A stretch of 63,088 bases of DNA, counting the filler, from Parasitella parasitica NRRL 2501 (Eukaryota; Fungi; Mucoromycota), in NCBI GenBank assembly GCA_025201805.1. It is 5 parts of 5 records of this genome, joined end to end, with 100 filler letters (N's around TTAATTAATTAA, not from the genome) between each part and the next. Parts side by side here need not be neighbours in the genome. Positions count along the whole stretch, not along the records: positions 1 to 20,020 come from MU619464.1; 4 more parts are not named here. One strand, given 5' to 3'. Positions within the stretch are counted from its first letter, which is position 1; each line of letters begins with the position of its first letter. The notes below the pieces were generated by a model that was not told the DNA's origin, ran no database searches, and saw only the letters and a program-made list of their open reading frames with translations. This document shows positions 1 through 14,389 of the stretch, in pieces. The translations under genes and the position numbers were made by a program.

Positions 1-878
1 CCATAGAATACCATGGTTACCACTATTTCAACTCAGTTGCCATGGCAACCGTTCCTAATCGGATCTAAGGTTAAATGGCATCGATTATTCTATCTAGTAA
101 ATAGAAGTATTCAATAGAATGTCTTGTATAAGAAACCAAATATTTGGGTTCTACTTATTCTAAACTGCGAAGCTCAACTTATCGATGAATGATCCACATT
201 CATAACGATTAGCTGATTAAATATAGAAATAGGTCTTGCTCTGACTACTACTGTGTTATAATCTTGTTTGACAATTAAATGTCAAACATGACCTGATTGT
301 ATTTTATAGATTGATTTAGATAGATTTATGTGATGGAGTACAATTATCTAGTAGTAAGGGTAGAATGATGTACTATGTTAATGGACTATTGGTGTATCTA
401 ATTGTTGACATTGCTATCAGGGTTATTACTTACTATATAATATATGTAGATATTATTGGAAAAGAAGTAATTGACAGCAATGCGGCGATGTTTATATGAA
501 CTATAAACTTATATGTAAACAACGATCGGTAGTGACAGATCAGGTTTGCAGTGATAAGGATGATTTATAGATAAGAGATTTTGCTAGTATATGAGAAATG
601 TTTATGGTAATAAACTATAAAAGCTATTACAGATATTTTCACTAGCGTTCCAATATCTGGTAAAGGTTGAACCTATTTATAATAATTGAATGTTTCATGT
701 AAAATGAGACATCATGTAATGTGAATCATTACAATTTATTCTAATATAAATATACAGCTTCTTGTCAATCGATAAATCAATAGTTTTGAATCTGGTAAAC
801 TAAGTCTTTATTACATTCTTATATTTTTATATCACATACAATCACCTGCTGTGCTCATTTTCAAGACCTGGCACAACA
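1..878. mobile_element. LTR of an LTR retrotransposon, cut by the window start
   Basis: Bases 1-68 are near-identical to 43630-43697, where the same sequence begins TGTTGTATCCATAG at 43622. Ends ...CCTGGCACAACA at 878, giving TGTTG...CAACA termini. Non-coding. The right boundary is inferred. Confidence 0.6.
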
Positions 879-910
879 ATTCTAAATGTTTATAGTGTAA
901 GGGAAAGCAC

Positions 911-1140
911 TGAGAGTTATATGAATAACCGTTATTTCCAAAGGCAAATAAATAAAGAGACTAAAGCTAATTATACCACAGAGAACGTAGGGTCTTTATT
1001 TAAGATTGAAAAAGGAAGCCTCGATTGCTCTGGTCCTGGTTTCTAAAAGTCTTTAAACAATTTCGTTTGAATGTCAGCGTCAATATTGGAATTGGGATGA
1101 GATTCAACAAACTCCAGTTAATAGAAGGCAAAAACCGACA
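911..1140. mobile_element. solo LTR (230 bp) with 5-bp target-site duplication
   Basis: Starts TG (911), ends CA (1140), flanked by AGCAC at 906-910 and 1141-1145. The uninterrupted target sequence occurs in reverse complement at ~18975-19133. Confidence 0.75.
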
Positions 1141-4100
1141 AGCACTTTTTGGACAGGAGTGTTTTCCTTCACATGACATTCATTGATAAGTTCTTAAATT
1201 ATATTTGTAATGCGTTTTGATTTATATGGCTTTCTATGTTATGCGAGCTTGAATGGCATGAATTGACTATGCGTGACATTTGAGTCTTGATTTTTTATTT
1301 ATGCGCTTTTAGCTATACCATTCCATTTCACTTGGTACTCTTTAAGTATATCTGTCAATATATGGATGTCCGAATTAAATTATTTCAGAAAATGGAGGAG
1401 CACATTTCACAGCAACTGAACTACAGCAGTATAAAAAATACCTTCGACACATACACATCAACTTTGTTCTTTCGCATCAATCCCAACGTGACAAGGGAAG
1501 GTAGAGCGAGCAAACAGAACCCTGATGTTTATCCTTGAAAAATATTTATGGGAGTACTTTCTGGACTGAGACATATTCTTGAAGGCTACGTTATTTGCAA
1601 TGCGAACCATGATCAAGATAGTAGACGGAACGTATTCTTCATTTGCATATTAACGTATATGGTAAACCCCCACGGATCTCTGCATTGGAAAACGATTATT
1701 TGCTGCAATATGATGAGGAACAACCTAATGAAGAAATGCTCATGAAAAAATAGCAGAATTGGTTGATTTTAGTACAAATGTCATTCCAGAAGCCACAAAC
1801 AAGATGAACTTATATGAGGTGACAATAAAGGCACATTATGACAAAACAGCGAAGATAAGAGTTACAAGGTCCATGATAAGGTGATGATACAGAATATACA
1901 ACTGTGTGAGATGAACAAATCGTTTTTCCTGGATTGTTAGGGTCTTTTACGATAAAGGAGAAGACCTATAAAGACACCTACCTTTTGCAAGATCAATTTT
2001 TGACACCGCCTCACACTTACCATGCCGACCAGTTGAAGTTGTACAAAGCCCGACCCAAGATGTATTTGCCCATCAGCATTAACCGTGGTCGAACCTCTCC
2101 GGTGAATGGGGATGATTGTTGTGAGCGGTGATGTTCGCATTGGAATCGAATCGCAAACAAATTATTGCATATAAATATCAAATAAGCATTAGCAATAAAT
2201 AAGTGCCTTCGACCTCTTTTTGAAGATTTATTTTTTCTGCCGTCTTTATTTTGCCTTCACAAGAGAAGTAAAATTGTAAATATAACTACTTGTAGTGTTG
2301 GAAGTGAATTATCAGTTGAGATCAACATTTACCATATAAATACATTTAAAAAAATCCTCCCCAGTCTAATCACACTTTTTTTTTCTTAACTTCATATTAT
2401 ATTTTATCAACATCGCCAACAACTATCTGGTATTAAGTTATTTAAATTAACAAACAATAAAGTTGATTTTTTATTCAACTAGAAAAACACAGTCTACTTT
2501 ATACGTCAAAAGTATTACCTCAAATTAGCATTACTATCTAAAGTACAGGTAATTTTACATTCCGTAACTAAGACCTCACAACAGTTAATTCCTGTAACAC
2601 TAATCTTTGCACCCGGCCATCAGTGAAGGTACTGTCTGAACACAGACGTATAGCCCTCTTTGTATAACTATACATCGACTGTTTAGATTGATTTTATATG
2701 CTTTTGTTGTTGCATCAGCAAGCAACAGTACTATCGATTTTGGTACAAAAAGAAGAGAAAGGGTTGCATCATGATGATAATTGTGTCACATACCCAAAAC
2801 GAACCTTTCGATACGTTTGTCACAGTTGGAGTCCATACTTTGGCTGCACTATATCATGATTACATTTTTAACATATTATTAAATAGAACGGAGTTTTCAG
2901 CTTAAAAAATCGCCTTTTTTGGATTTCGAATCTCCTATTTTGGTTGATTCAAGCTATTTCGCTCGACTTTCAACATGATTTACTCTGTTGTAAAAGCTTT
3001 TATTTCAAATCAAAGTACATGGCCATTTATTTCACGCTTTGTTGCATACGTACATATATTTTTTATAGTTTTCTAAAGCTTATATATATTTTTAATTAGT
3101 TTTTGAAAATGAGATATTCCTGATTTAACACCGACTTCTCAAAAATCCGAAACTTGAATGGGAATTAAAAAACCAAACAAAACATTATAAACTCTATTCC
3201 TCGCTGAATTGTGTTTATTTTGCTGTGTTCTTGTTTTATTGTTTATTCTCTTGATCTTACTATAGGTAAGATTATAGCAAATATTCACATTAACATCTTT
3301 TAAACCAGTAATTGTGTCTGATCTTTCACTTGTGTGATCTATCTGTGATTCCGTGCAAAAGAAACCAATAATTCTGGCTGTAGTAAAAAGGTAGAATGTG
3401 TACAGGATTCAAGGTACTTCATCGAACAACACGACACTAATGAGACAATAGGTGTTTCATATTTCTTGATAGCACTTTCAAACCGGAAAACCATTGAAAC
3501 ATAGCCAGAACCAGAGCATGGGACGCAAATTCAATACCGGAACCGGAACAGGTAAAACCCTCGATTTTGACAGCTGACTTTATATTTATGCAGGAAGTTC
3601 GGATCAAGTAATGTGCTGTGTCACATAATTTTGCATCTTGATTTGAAACAGAATTTTGACAGCATATTTTTAATCTAATGCATTACAAAGTATGGTAACG
3701 CATCACCATTTAATATCAAATTTCGCATAACCTGGTAAGAACATATTTATAGTGCCGTTATACAGAAATTATCACTACCATGAAAAGACCAGATCAAGAT
3801 ACTAAAGCAAAATAATTTAATACCTATAGATGTAAGTATACTTTTACCAATATTTCTTTTTGATTATTTTTACGAAATACACTATTATTAGACTGTAGAG
3901 GTAAAATATAATCTTGACACTTCTATCATGGGTCTACTGAACGATTAAAGGCAGAAAATATATGTATCTATTATAAACGTAAATACGAATATACTTCATT
4001 TGTGGTACTATAGAGCGTGATATAATAGGCTAGGGGGTGATTTGTCCGAATAAAGACAATAGCATAGAATTTGATGACAGAGATAATGATGATGACGATA

Positions 4101-4719
4101 TTGAAGACGACAATGGTATTGATGATGTTGATAGAGACGAATACTGGAAGTTTGGAGTAAGACACAGGCTGGTTGTAGGAAGGTTTTGCACTCCTGATAA
4201 GATTAATAGGAAATTTTGCCTGTTACGATAATTGATCCTTTAGCAATCCTATCGTTTTCCATGCAATGTACTACACCAGATATAATACTTTGATATTCTC
4301 GATGGAGTTTTGATTTCCGCTGAAGCTTACCGTCCCTTACTCTGTCAAGGTTGCCCAGTTGTATAATAATACCGTTATTTAAGAACTGGAGATACTTAGA
4401 CTATATCGTGCGACTAGGCTATTACTGAGGACACTACCGTAATATACCGAAAGAAACGAAAGAATACAGTTCTGATTAGAAGAATGATTTTTATTTTTTT
4501 CTTCAACAGTGTCGTATTAAAATTGAAGGCACATATTTTGGAGGTCTGGTTTCACCTGAATACTACCGTGCGAATGTCTAAGTCTTAAATTTTTGATGTT
4601 ATTTTTTTCATTATATTCACAGCTGCATGATACAATGATATTTTATAGTACGAAAAGGCAATATTAGAGTGTATTTAGCCATTTTACAGTGTGAAAAGAG
4701 ACTACTAAAATGTATTTAG

Positions 4720-6774
4720 TCATTTTTGCGCTTGCATTACAATTACATTTTTATAAAAATAGTTTGATGATTTCGCTGATTGTGCTGATTTTTTTAATTT
4801 TGCTAATTTTGCAGCATTTGCAGCGGTTGCAGCGGTTGCAGCGTTTACAGTTTGTACAGGCTTTGCAGATTTTCCAGGTTGTGTGGGCTGTGATTCTGCT
4901 ACTGTTGGTAATGTAGGGTTCTTTCTTGTTGGCCATTCTAAACCGAATATTTTATTATGACGATAGCATCTTGAACATAACTCATGCCCAGTTGATGTTA
5001 TTACGGTCCTAAAGTTTTTAGCGGCCTCGCAGCAAGTCGCTACGTTCATATCTGTAATGATAGACCCTTCACTGTCCGAAATATCCGATTGATCATCAAT
5101 CCATTGATATAGCTGTGTTAATTCCTCGTCGAATGTGATAGAACCCTCTGTGCCTCCCGAGTGGTATCTGTTGTTGAACTGTGAATTTAGTGGGGGGAGA
5201 GGTAAGTGTATTAGTTGTCCAAAAAACTCCTCGGAGCATTCCAGCATTTCTTGTTGAGCTTCTAAAAGCATGTTATATTGCCAAGGCACCTGCGTGTAAA
5301 GGCCACAATTGTGATCAGCAGGCATAGTTATCCAGTGGTTGGGCTGTGGCTCGTTACAAATGAATCTTAAATCCATTTCAACTTGTTTGAGTTTTGTTGA
5401 ATGAGTTCCATCGGTAATGTCATCGATAGCCGTTAGTTCAATCGTCTCCCCCAACGGTTTGCCGTTTGTGATCTCATTGAGTGGTATATTGCTACAGCCA
5501 GTCAGTTCCGCCTTTTCAGCCTTGAGGAGAGTTGCTTTCTTTATTCTTGGTGGACTGAGGATATCTTTATCTACATTTGTCCTTTGCTGAGCGTCACTCT
5601 ATCTCACTACGGTATAGTTCACTTACATATGTAGTCAACCTCTTTCTTGGCACGCCCACTTCTGCGTCTGGTATTGATATGCTCGTCCTCTGGTGGTGTT
5701 TTGGGACTAATTGCATCGTCCTTCTCGGTTGCTTCAGAATCGCTTTTTTCAACATAGAAGCTTCCTTCTTGTAGTCTGTGAAAAGAACGGAGGTGTGTTA
5801 CGCGATTATCAAGTTCAGTTAAACGCGAGGACCTACCTTTCGCACGACACACATCTGCATTCACAATTGTCTATGCCAAAGTAATGATCTGCATAGTAAA
5901 CTGTCATCTCTTCTCCGCATTTGATATCTCGTTGCACTTTGAATGTAATTGAATTTGGTCCGGCCAACATGAACTATGCAAACGTCAATATAAGTGCCAA
6001 CCTTTGTAGTCTTTGTTGCCACTTGCCTCACAGTTTGCATCACAATCATGCTATTCACAGAGTATCAGAACACAACTTCCCTTCGCTAACTGATAGGACA
6101 CACAACTTACATTCATAAATCTAGCAGGGCCAAGGAACAGACAGGTGCATTTCCGACGTGTCGAGACCATGACACTAAAATCACGTCCTTCACTCTTTAA
6201 TTTGGCATCATCTTCTTTTGTCAATTCTGTTATCGCACCTGCACAACATGCCACAACTTCTCCAGCCTTCCAATCTCTGGTTGCCATAATACACGCTTCC
6301 ATTGTGCCAGTGTATCGAGTAGTCGAACTAACTTCAAATCCAGCTTGATGTGAGAACCTGTTTAGATACAAGGACAGTGATCAGTCCATTATGTTCTTTA
6401 AATATGACGGCATCCTTACATATAAAGGTATCGGCGCAAGTGATTGTCAAAGTATTTGGCTTCTTTTATGGACAATTTAGAAATGTATTTTTTGAAATAT
6501 GGAAATCTAATCGATCGATCAGTTGCGTGTACAGACATACCCTCTAAAGATTCATAACTTACTGCAGAAATAGCTTCACTCCATTGTTTATGGCCACCGT
6601 TTGAGAACCTGGGAGGTTTGCTATTCGCCGTATAGTCTCAATTGCCATCTGTTGTTCTCCGGTGGTCAAGATGGAGTCGCTGTTCATACGAATAGTTTTG
6701 AACCATAGATACAAATTGTCCAAAAAATAGCTGGCTAGAATATCATCGTGTCTTGATAATATACTGAAATCCAT
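4720..6774 (-). CDS. SET9: histone H4K20 methyltransferase, Set9/KMT5/SUV420 family (multi-exon)
   Basis: Spliced ORFs give [57 protein letters not shown], the SET domain signature of Set9. C-terminal C..C...[14 protein letters not shown] motif. ATG at 6774; internal exon borders approximate. Confidence 0.88.
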
Positions 6775-7787
6775 TTTTTTTTTTGATTCAAAAATGTGCA
6801 AAAGAAAAAGAGAGGCTTATTGGAAAGAGGCGATCAAAAGCGTTCAATGAAAAAGAAAAAGCCAGGACAAGTGGGGGTAATAAACGTGTGTGCGCTCGTC
6901 TCCTATTATGGATAGGAATAGTATTAATGACCCTCCCCTTGCTTGTTTTCCTTTGAGAATTCAAAGAAATAGATACTCGAACTTTTTTTTATTTTTTATA
7001 TGGCTTTTGATTGCAATGTTAAATTCAACAAGACGAACCAACACAGGCTTTTACACGTGATATAGGGCATGTTTACAGCAAATGACTTGCTTAATCTGGA
7101 ATCAAACGCATCTTCTTGAGAGCATCATCGCATATCCGACTTTATTTCTACTGCAAAATTAAATAGAATGTATATATAAGGTATGCCCGTTGTGATGCAT
7201 TGATTTTAAATCCTGGGCGACAGAAATTCGTCAATCATGCGGCCAGGAAGGATCTTTCGTTCAAGCAGCATCGCACTAATGCCATAACATAAACCTTCAA
7301 GTTTTACCAAATTTCTGGATGGTCAAACTAGCTGGTATTCTGGAAGCATGTTTTGGTATGTCAAGGAATCATACTTTCGGTACGGGATGCCCAACTTTAT
7401 GCTGATTTGGTCAAGACCGACAGCGGCGGCTTGCCTGCATCTGAAAAAAAATAAAACTCTGTCTATAGAACTGAGCGACTTCATCCATTCAAAATCGTCA
7501 ATACCTAACTGACTCATGGCTTCGTATCGATTAAAACATCGTCATCATTTTTGCAAATGCGCTTCTCTAGAACAGAAAGCCAACGCAGAACTCATCAGAT
7601 CTAATAACATTGCCAAACAAAGCTTTATTTCAGCAGTCTTTTGCCCTCTTGTCTCGTTTTACACTGTAACTTTGCTAGCATTGTTGTCGTTGTTGCATCC
7701 ATGTTTAAACACCCGACCACAGATTCCTTCATTCAAAAAGGGATCTCGTTCTGTGGAAGAGTTTCTTTCTTATTCTTACAAAACAAA

Positions 7788-10700
7788 ATGGCTGCATCTA
7801 ACAATCCTTTTTATGAGCTTAGTCCTGATATTAAAAAACTGCTATCTATAGAGACGTTTCGAGTAAGTGTTTTCACTATTCGGCGATTCCAAGCAAACCT
7901 AGACCAGCTTACATCTTCATAGGAAAATGTCTCCACAACAGATTTTATAGAAACGATTTCGAGTGGTGTAATCGAGCAGATGGACAGCAACAGTACTTCT
8001 GCATTTGACTCGAAACCGTTTATTCGTACCTTTGAAAGTGTATTGGAAGAGCTTCATCAGTTGCGTACACGTGTACAGCACCAGTGCAACGAGTTGGAAA
8101 GCAGTGCACAGGTAGCAGAGTCCGAATACAAGAGAAATATCACAGATCTGCATGGAGCTTTCGATGTAAGGATTGCTAGAAAGTTATGATTATAACGTAG
8201 TTCTTATGCCCAGAGTAGAGTGTTTATCGCTCGTACGATAGTTTGGAAAGCAGAATCGGTGATGTTGGCAAAACAGCTATCCGCATAGGCGAACAGTTGG
8301 AGACGATCGACAAAGAGAGATCCAAAGCATCTGAAAGTCGTGATATTATTGAATATTTTATGGAATTCCAAGACGGCAACACAGAGAGACTAGATTCGCT
8401 TCGTCAAGGTGGAGAAGAGGGGCAGCTCAAAACAGCCATTATTGGCAGAAGATTGAGTGCAGTTGCTAAAGAAGTAGACAATGATACTGATGCCAAAATC
8501 GCTATTGAGAAATTCTGTGAAAGCTTTGAAAAGGAGATTTTGGAAGAGTTTGATAAAGCGTATGAGGGCAACGACCCTCGAGGAATGGCTGTAAGAAGGT
8601 ATTTTAGGTATTCGAATACAACAAATACTGAACATCCATGGTATAGCACTGTGCTAAAGTATTGTTTGAATTTAATGGTGGTGCATCTTGCGTCCAAATT
8701 TACGTAAACCAGCACGAGTTTTTCATGTCCAACATGAAGATTGAGGAAATCGATCAAGTTCGATATTCAGAAGACAATGCAGACCTATCAAACCCAAATG
8801 TGGTACCACCTGAAGTGGACACGAGTCTAGTCAAGCTATATGATGATATTCGAATTACTGTGCGTCGAGAAGCAAGCATTATTTCAAGCGTATTCCCTCA
8901 ACCTGCCACTGTAATGCAAGTGTTTTTACAAAGAATCTTTGCTCAATCCGTAAGTCTGTGTGTTTGTACGGCTTCCCTTGCAGCTAACAGCCCTAAAGAT
9001 CCAAGACCATCTTGAGGTCTTGCTTTCTAGATCACAGAAATGCTCCCATCTCGCCTATCTTCGCACATTGGCGTCGACACACGCAGAAACCAAACGCTTG
9101 ATCGAAAATTTAAAGTTTTACTGCGACAAGGAAGTCTCTCTGAAAGATGCAGCTGATATTAATGGACTTGTTACATCAGCCTCTCCTGACGAAACCTTGG
9201 ACAGATGTATGGATGATCTATTCGTGCCATATACAGAGGGAGACCGTTATCTGCAAAAGGAAACCGAATCACTATCTGGATTATTTGGAAATATAGTATC
9301 TGAATTCTTGAGCGCCATGCAGCGTCGTAAAATGACATCCACTCGAAATCAATCCGTCCTAACGCGAACATTGAATCAAATTTCGTCGACATCTACAGCA
9401 GCCATCTTGTCTCCTTCGGGGTCATCGCCTTCGGTATTGAATGAAATTGCAAATCAGTCCACTGTAAATAGCACAAACCCATTTGAAAAGAAACAGCAGC
9501 AGCAGCATCTGCAGCAGCAGCAACAGCATCTGCACCAATACCAACACCAGCAACAACATCAACACCAACAACAACTTTCACGCACCGTAGATGCAAATAC
9601 CATTACTGTGGACGATAGTGGATTTACGTTGCTTTCGCCTGATGCTATCATGCGTATTCTCCGTATACATGCAGAAGCAGTTATTCGTTGTGTAGAGCTC
9701 GAAGATCAACAAGCATTGTAAGGGGCAAGCTGTTTTTTAGTGTCGATTTTTTAAGCTAATTTATATTGCATGGCAGGGTAGCATCTCTTGGCCAGATATA
9801 CAACGTTCTGGTCGATTTCGTAGGACATAAATACCTGGATATTGCAATGGACGAGTAAAAGTAGCATAACAATTTTTAGATTCATTCGCTCATGTAGTAC
9901 ACTAGGATCTTGGACGACTTTAGCAATGTCAAGGAGCCAGAGCTGGCGTGCTTCCCAGTGATCAAATCTGCGACTGATATAACACAACTGATGCAAAAGC
10001 ATTTTGAATCAGCGATGGCAAGTTATCGCACTGTATGAGTCTATTTACGTACATGGCTAAATTTCATTGTCTAGTTACCACTGATTATCGGCATACCGTC
10101 TACTCACAGAGATCTCCTCTCATTGAAAAATAACTTTATGGCGACAATAGAGCGAAAGATCAATATTGTGCTCCAAAAGAGCATCGATGGCATCACATAT
10201 TGGCTGAGCGAGTTATTGAGTCGTCAAAAGAAGAATGATTTCAAACCCAAGGACGAAGAAGGGGCTATGATGAGCATGGGCACCCTGCCGTGCATGCAAT
10301 CAGTGGACTTCATCACACGCGTCTACCGAGCAGCATCGCAATCCTTGCAGGGCAAAAATTTTGAAGCCTTCTTGAGGAGAGTCGGCAATGCATTTCATTC
10401 GTAAAGTACTTGATATGTAATATGGATACAACAGACTAACAAGCGGTTTTTAGCATGTTACTAGAACATTTCAAAAAGTTCAATGTAACCCCAACAGGTG
10501 GTTTATTGGTTACAAAGTGAGTTTTATTGTGATTTTTTTTTTAGAAAAAAGCACAAATTAACAATTTACCTATAATAGGGACATTGCCAAGTATCAAGAA
10601 GTAATTAGAATGTTCAAATTATCTGGACTTGACGAGAGATTCGAAATGCTGAGACAATTAGGGAACATCTTTGTTGTCAAACCAGAGATTTTAAAGTCTA

Positions 10701-10969
10701 TTTTATCAGAAGGTTATCTTGCAAGATTAGATCCTTCTGTGCTTTATCCTTACCTTGAAAAACGAATTGATTTCAAAACTGCTAAATTGGACCGATTGTT
10801 GGGTATTTCAATTGATGAAAATCCTCCCTCGAAGGAAGTGCAATCACCTGTCAAGAATGGAAAACCCCAGAGAAGATCACTGTTCGTCAACGATAATGAA
10901 GTACTGAAGGATATTATGAAGAACTATACAAACAATCGTGATTTTTTGGCTGCATTTAATCTGTCATAA
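7788..10969 (+). CDS. SEC10: exocyst complex component Sec10 (EXOC5), multi-exon
   Basis: FDSKPFIRTFE, KTAIRIGEQLETIDKER, FNGGASCVQIYVNQHEFF, VMQVFLQRIFAQS, LSRQKKNDFKPK, ERFEMLRQLGNIFVV across spliced exons. Confidence 0.93.
9493..9575 (+). repeat. CAG/CAA-rich coding repeat (poly-Q/H insert in Sec10)
   Basis: Encodes QQQQHLQQQQQHLHQYQHQQQHQHQQQ in frame. Confidence 0.85.
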
Positions 10970-11578
10970 AACAGGCTTCGAACGTCATACACTCATTTAT
11001 GTTAACACCCAATTTATAATTTCAGGGATCGTAAAAATAAATACAAGTTTGCCCCTTTATGAGGTCAATATAAAACAAGATTATTAGTAGATTTTGTTAA
11101 AGATAAAACAAAAGGAGGAAGATCCTTCTTGGCCTGTTTCAGTATGCACTAGAGCTTAATTTTTAGTATTAAACAACAAAGACGAAATCAAATGAATAGA
11201 AGCAAAACGAGTAGCTGAAGCTTGCTCTACTTTTTCTTTATTTTGTTTTATTTCGGTTTATTCATTAAATATATTCGCGTATTAATTTATATTACATACC
11301 ATTGTTTATTAAATTTCGTCCCTTGCTTTCCTTCAAATAGATTTTATCCCAAAGTTTCACAAGAATCAAAAGTGATCGACCAGCTAACTTCAAAAACTAA
11401 ATTGTTAAATGACCACATACTGCCATATTTGGTCTAGGTGCAAAATACCCAAAATGTTCCAAATTTTCTATGATATTTAGCATGTCATTTTTGCTTCTTT
11501 TCTTCTTCTCATCCTTTTTTTTTGTACATTTTACCCTCTCTCTAGTATAAATCATATATATATTACATCATAAAAAGT

Positions 11579-14389
11579 ATGGTGGCTCAATCAAATGAGA
11601 AATGTAAAAGACTGAAATCCATTTTGCATGGATTAATCACAGGGCTATTATTAGCAATTTTATTTTTTTCCATAGCAAGATATTTAACAGGTACATACAT
11701 GATCAACATTTATTCAATGCCACATTAACAAAATGGCTAAAAATTTTGATTTATAAATAGAATCACAAGATAATGATCGCTGTCATAGTATGCTGAATGA
11801 AGGGTCGTGGATGACAGACGAGTATAACCAGTGGCAACCATCTGGATGCATGTCTCGCACATATACCAAAAATGAAATAGGTGAATGTTTGAACCAGAAA
11901 AGAATTATATACGTTGGTGACTCCATCATGAGAGAACAATACTATGCTATGACCCACTTTTTAAAGAAGCCATCGTCAAAACCTCAAGATGCGCTCCACC
12001 GAGATCAATCATTCTACTCTGCAGAGCACAACATCACAGTCGAAATGTGGTGGGATCCTTATCTCAACACCACAAAAACGATTGATTTGCTCAAGGGTAG
12101 CACTCAAGAACAAAAGCCAAGCTTATTGATCATGGGCTCCGGTGTGTGGTACATGAGAAGAACAGCAAATGAGTACCTTCGTCTTTGGAAAACTGCAGTC
12201 GACAGAATTTTCGATGCCGCTTTGAATTATCATGTTGCTGATAAAATTATGCTTTCCCCAGTGGAAATTGTCGAGTATCCTTTACTGATACCTGAGCGAA
12301 AAGCTACTTTGAAGCTGGACAAGATCACCATAATGAACAATTACCTCAGGGAAAGAAGTACACTCCTCCGTCATTCTGTAACACCCTTAGTCGTACCATT
12401 TGTATGGAATGAAATTGTAACCTCATCAAAAAACCAGACAAAGGACGGACTTCACTTTATGGAACCAGTAACCAAGGCACAAGCTCAACTGGCACTGAAC
12501 TATCACTGTAACGAAAATGTCAAAGTACCACCTTTTCCCATAGATACAACATGTTGCTTCCGCTATCCAGCCCCTGCTTGGTATCAAAGCTCCATTTTTG
12601 TCTTTTTCTTGTGCTTTGTGCCCCTCGGATTCTCTGTATTCTTCGCTTCTAATAGCTATGGTGGTATGTATTAATTATAATTAGTGTTACTCGTTAATAT
12701 TGTATTTTGAGCGGAATCTAACTAATAACTGTTATAAAATATGTAGGACGTGTAATGGACGCCATACGCTGGTTCTTCCCTGCTGCTGTAGAAACATTGA
12801 CAGCACTGTTTATTTTTGGCATATCTGTCATTTATATGTATCTGGGCGATCGCACTCAACTGTTTGGGAAAATATTCAAGCAATATGATTCTAGTACATT
12901 TGCAATATTGATCTCATTGATGATATTCCTTGGCGCTGTTACACTAGACTCAAATCACAATACGAATAGTGAGAAAAATAACGACGCCGGCTTTCTAAAT
13001 AGACATCAGACCGATGAATGGAAGGGCTGGATGCAACTCATCATTCTGATTTATCATTTTGTTGGTGCCTCTCGCATCGCTGCTATTTACAACCCTGTCA
13101 GAGTCTTGGTCGCCGCTTACTTGTTCCAGACTGGTTATGGTCACTTCTTCTTCTTTTACAAGAAGGCTGATTTTGGCATTGCTCGTATTCTCAATGTCAT
13201 GGTTCGGCTGAATCTGCTTACTTGTGTGCTGGCTTATCTAATGAAGACAGACTATCTATTTTACTACTTCTCACCATTGGTCAGTTTTTGGTTCAGTGTC
13301 ATTTGGATTACTATGCGCATTATGCCAAGCTACAACTCGAAGCTTTGGTTCCTTGTGTCTAAAATCGCTGTGATGGGCGTTTTGACCGGGTTCATCATTC
13401 ATTACCCTGGTGTGTTGGAATCTGCTTTCAACTGTCTCGATTTCTTGTTCCATATTCGATGGAATGTTACTGAATGGCGCTTTAGACTCTCACTTGATGC
13501 TTGGATCGTCTATATTGGTATGCTCTGTGCCCTTGCCACTATCAAGATTTCTGAATACAAGATTAGTTCAAATCACCAGCGACTTTGGTTACTGACTAGG
13601 TTGGCAACTTTGGTTTTTGCCCTATTTGGGATGATTGGTTTTTTCGTGTTTGAATCAATTCAATCAAAAACATCATATACTTTATATCATCCTTACATAT
13701 CATGGGTTCCTGTCCTTTCTTTTGTCATCTTGCGCAATTATACTCATCGCGCACGCAACACTTACTCTCGTTTCTTTGCATTCATTGGAAAGATTTCCTT
13801 GGAGACCTTCATTGGCCAGTTCCACATGTGGCTAGCTGCTGATACTCGCGGTCTGCTGGTTATCCTGCCCAACAGTAGTTGGGTAATCAAGACTCAACTG
13901 GGCTGGTGGATAAATCTTTTGGTTTCCAGTATTATTTTTTTCTTCGTTTGTTATCATCTAAGTGAAGCAACTGGTACTCTTACTAAATGGATTTGCTCCG
14001 GCGCCCAAGAGCAACAAAAGAATAAGGCTTCTGTTATCAATACTACCTTGAGTAGCAAGATAGCCACAGTGAAATCAGCCGCTGACATATCTGATTCAGT
14101 ACCGTTACTACCTACCAACCACAAGACATCTTCCGATGGAGAATCTTCCACGTCCACAGTGTATATAGATGAAGATGTACAAAAAGGACCTGCCCAGCTT
14201 CAAGTTGAACGAGCAAGTGAAGAGTCTTCTATCAATATCGATCAAGTATGGGATGAATCTTCATACGGAGCCCAATCAAAATCATCCTGGTGCAAATCAC
14301 TTTATTTGTCTAGCACCAACAATTATTTTATCAGATCCCTCATTTGCTTGATCGCGATGGGTGTTCTTAATCGATTCTGCGTTGCTTAA
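11579..14389 (+). CDS. Cas1p/CASD1-family O-acetyltransferase (SGNH-like N-terminal domain plus multi-TM Cas1_AcylT domain)
   Basis: YVGDSIMR and DGLHF (GDS/DxxH), GFLNRHQTDEWKGWMQ, VRVLVAAYLFQTGYGH, GKISLETFIGQFHMWLAAD. Introns at ~11691-11760 and ~12665-12747. This is the fungal capsule-acetylation Cas1p family, not CRISPR Cas1. Confidence 0.92.

Noticed and set aside
11579-14389. 'Cas1' name suggesting a CRISPR system
   Set aside because: This is the Cas1p O-acetyltransferase family. There are no cas genes or arrays in the window.
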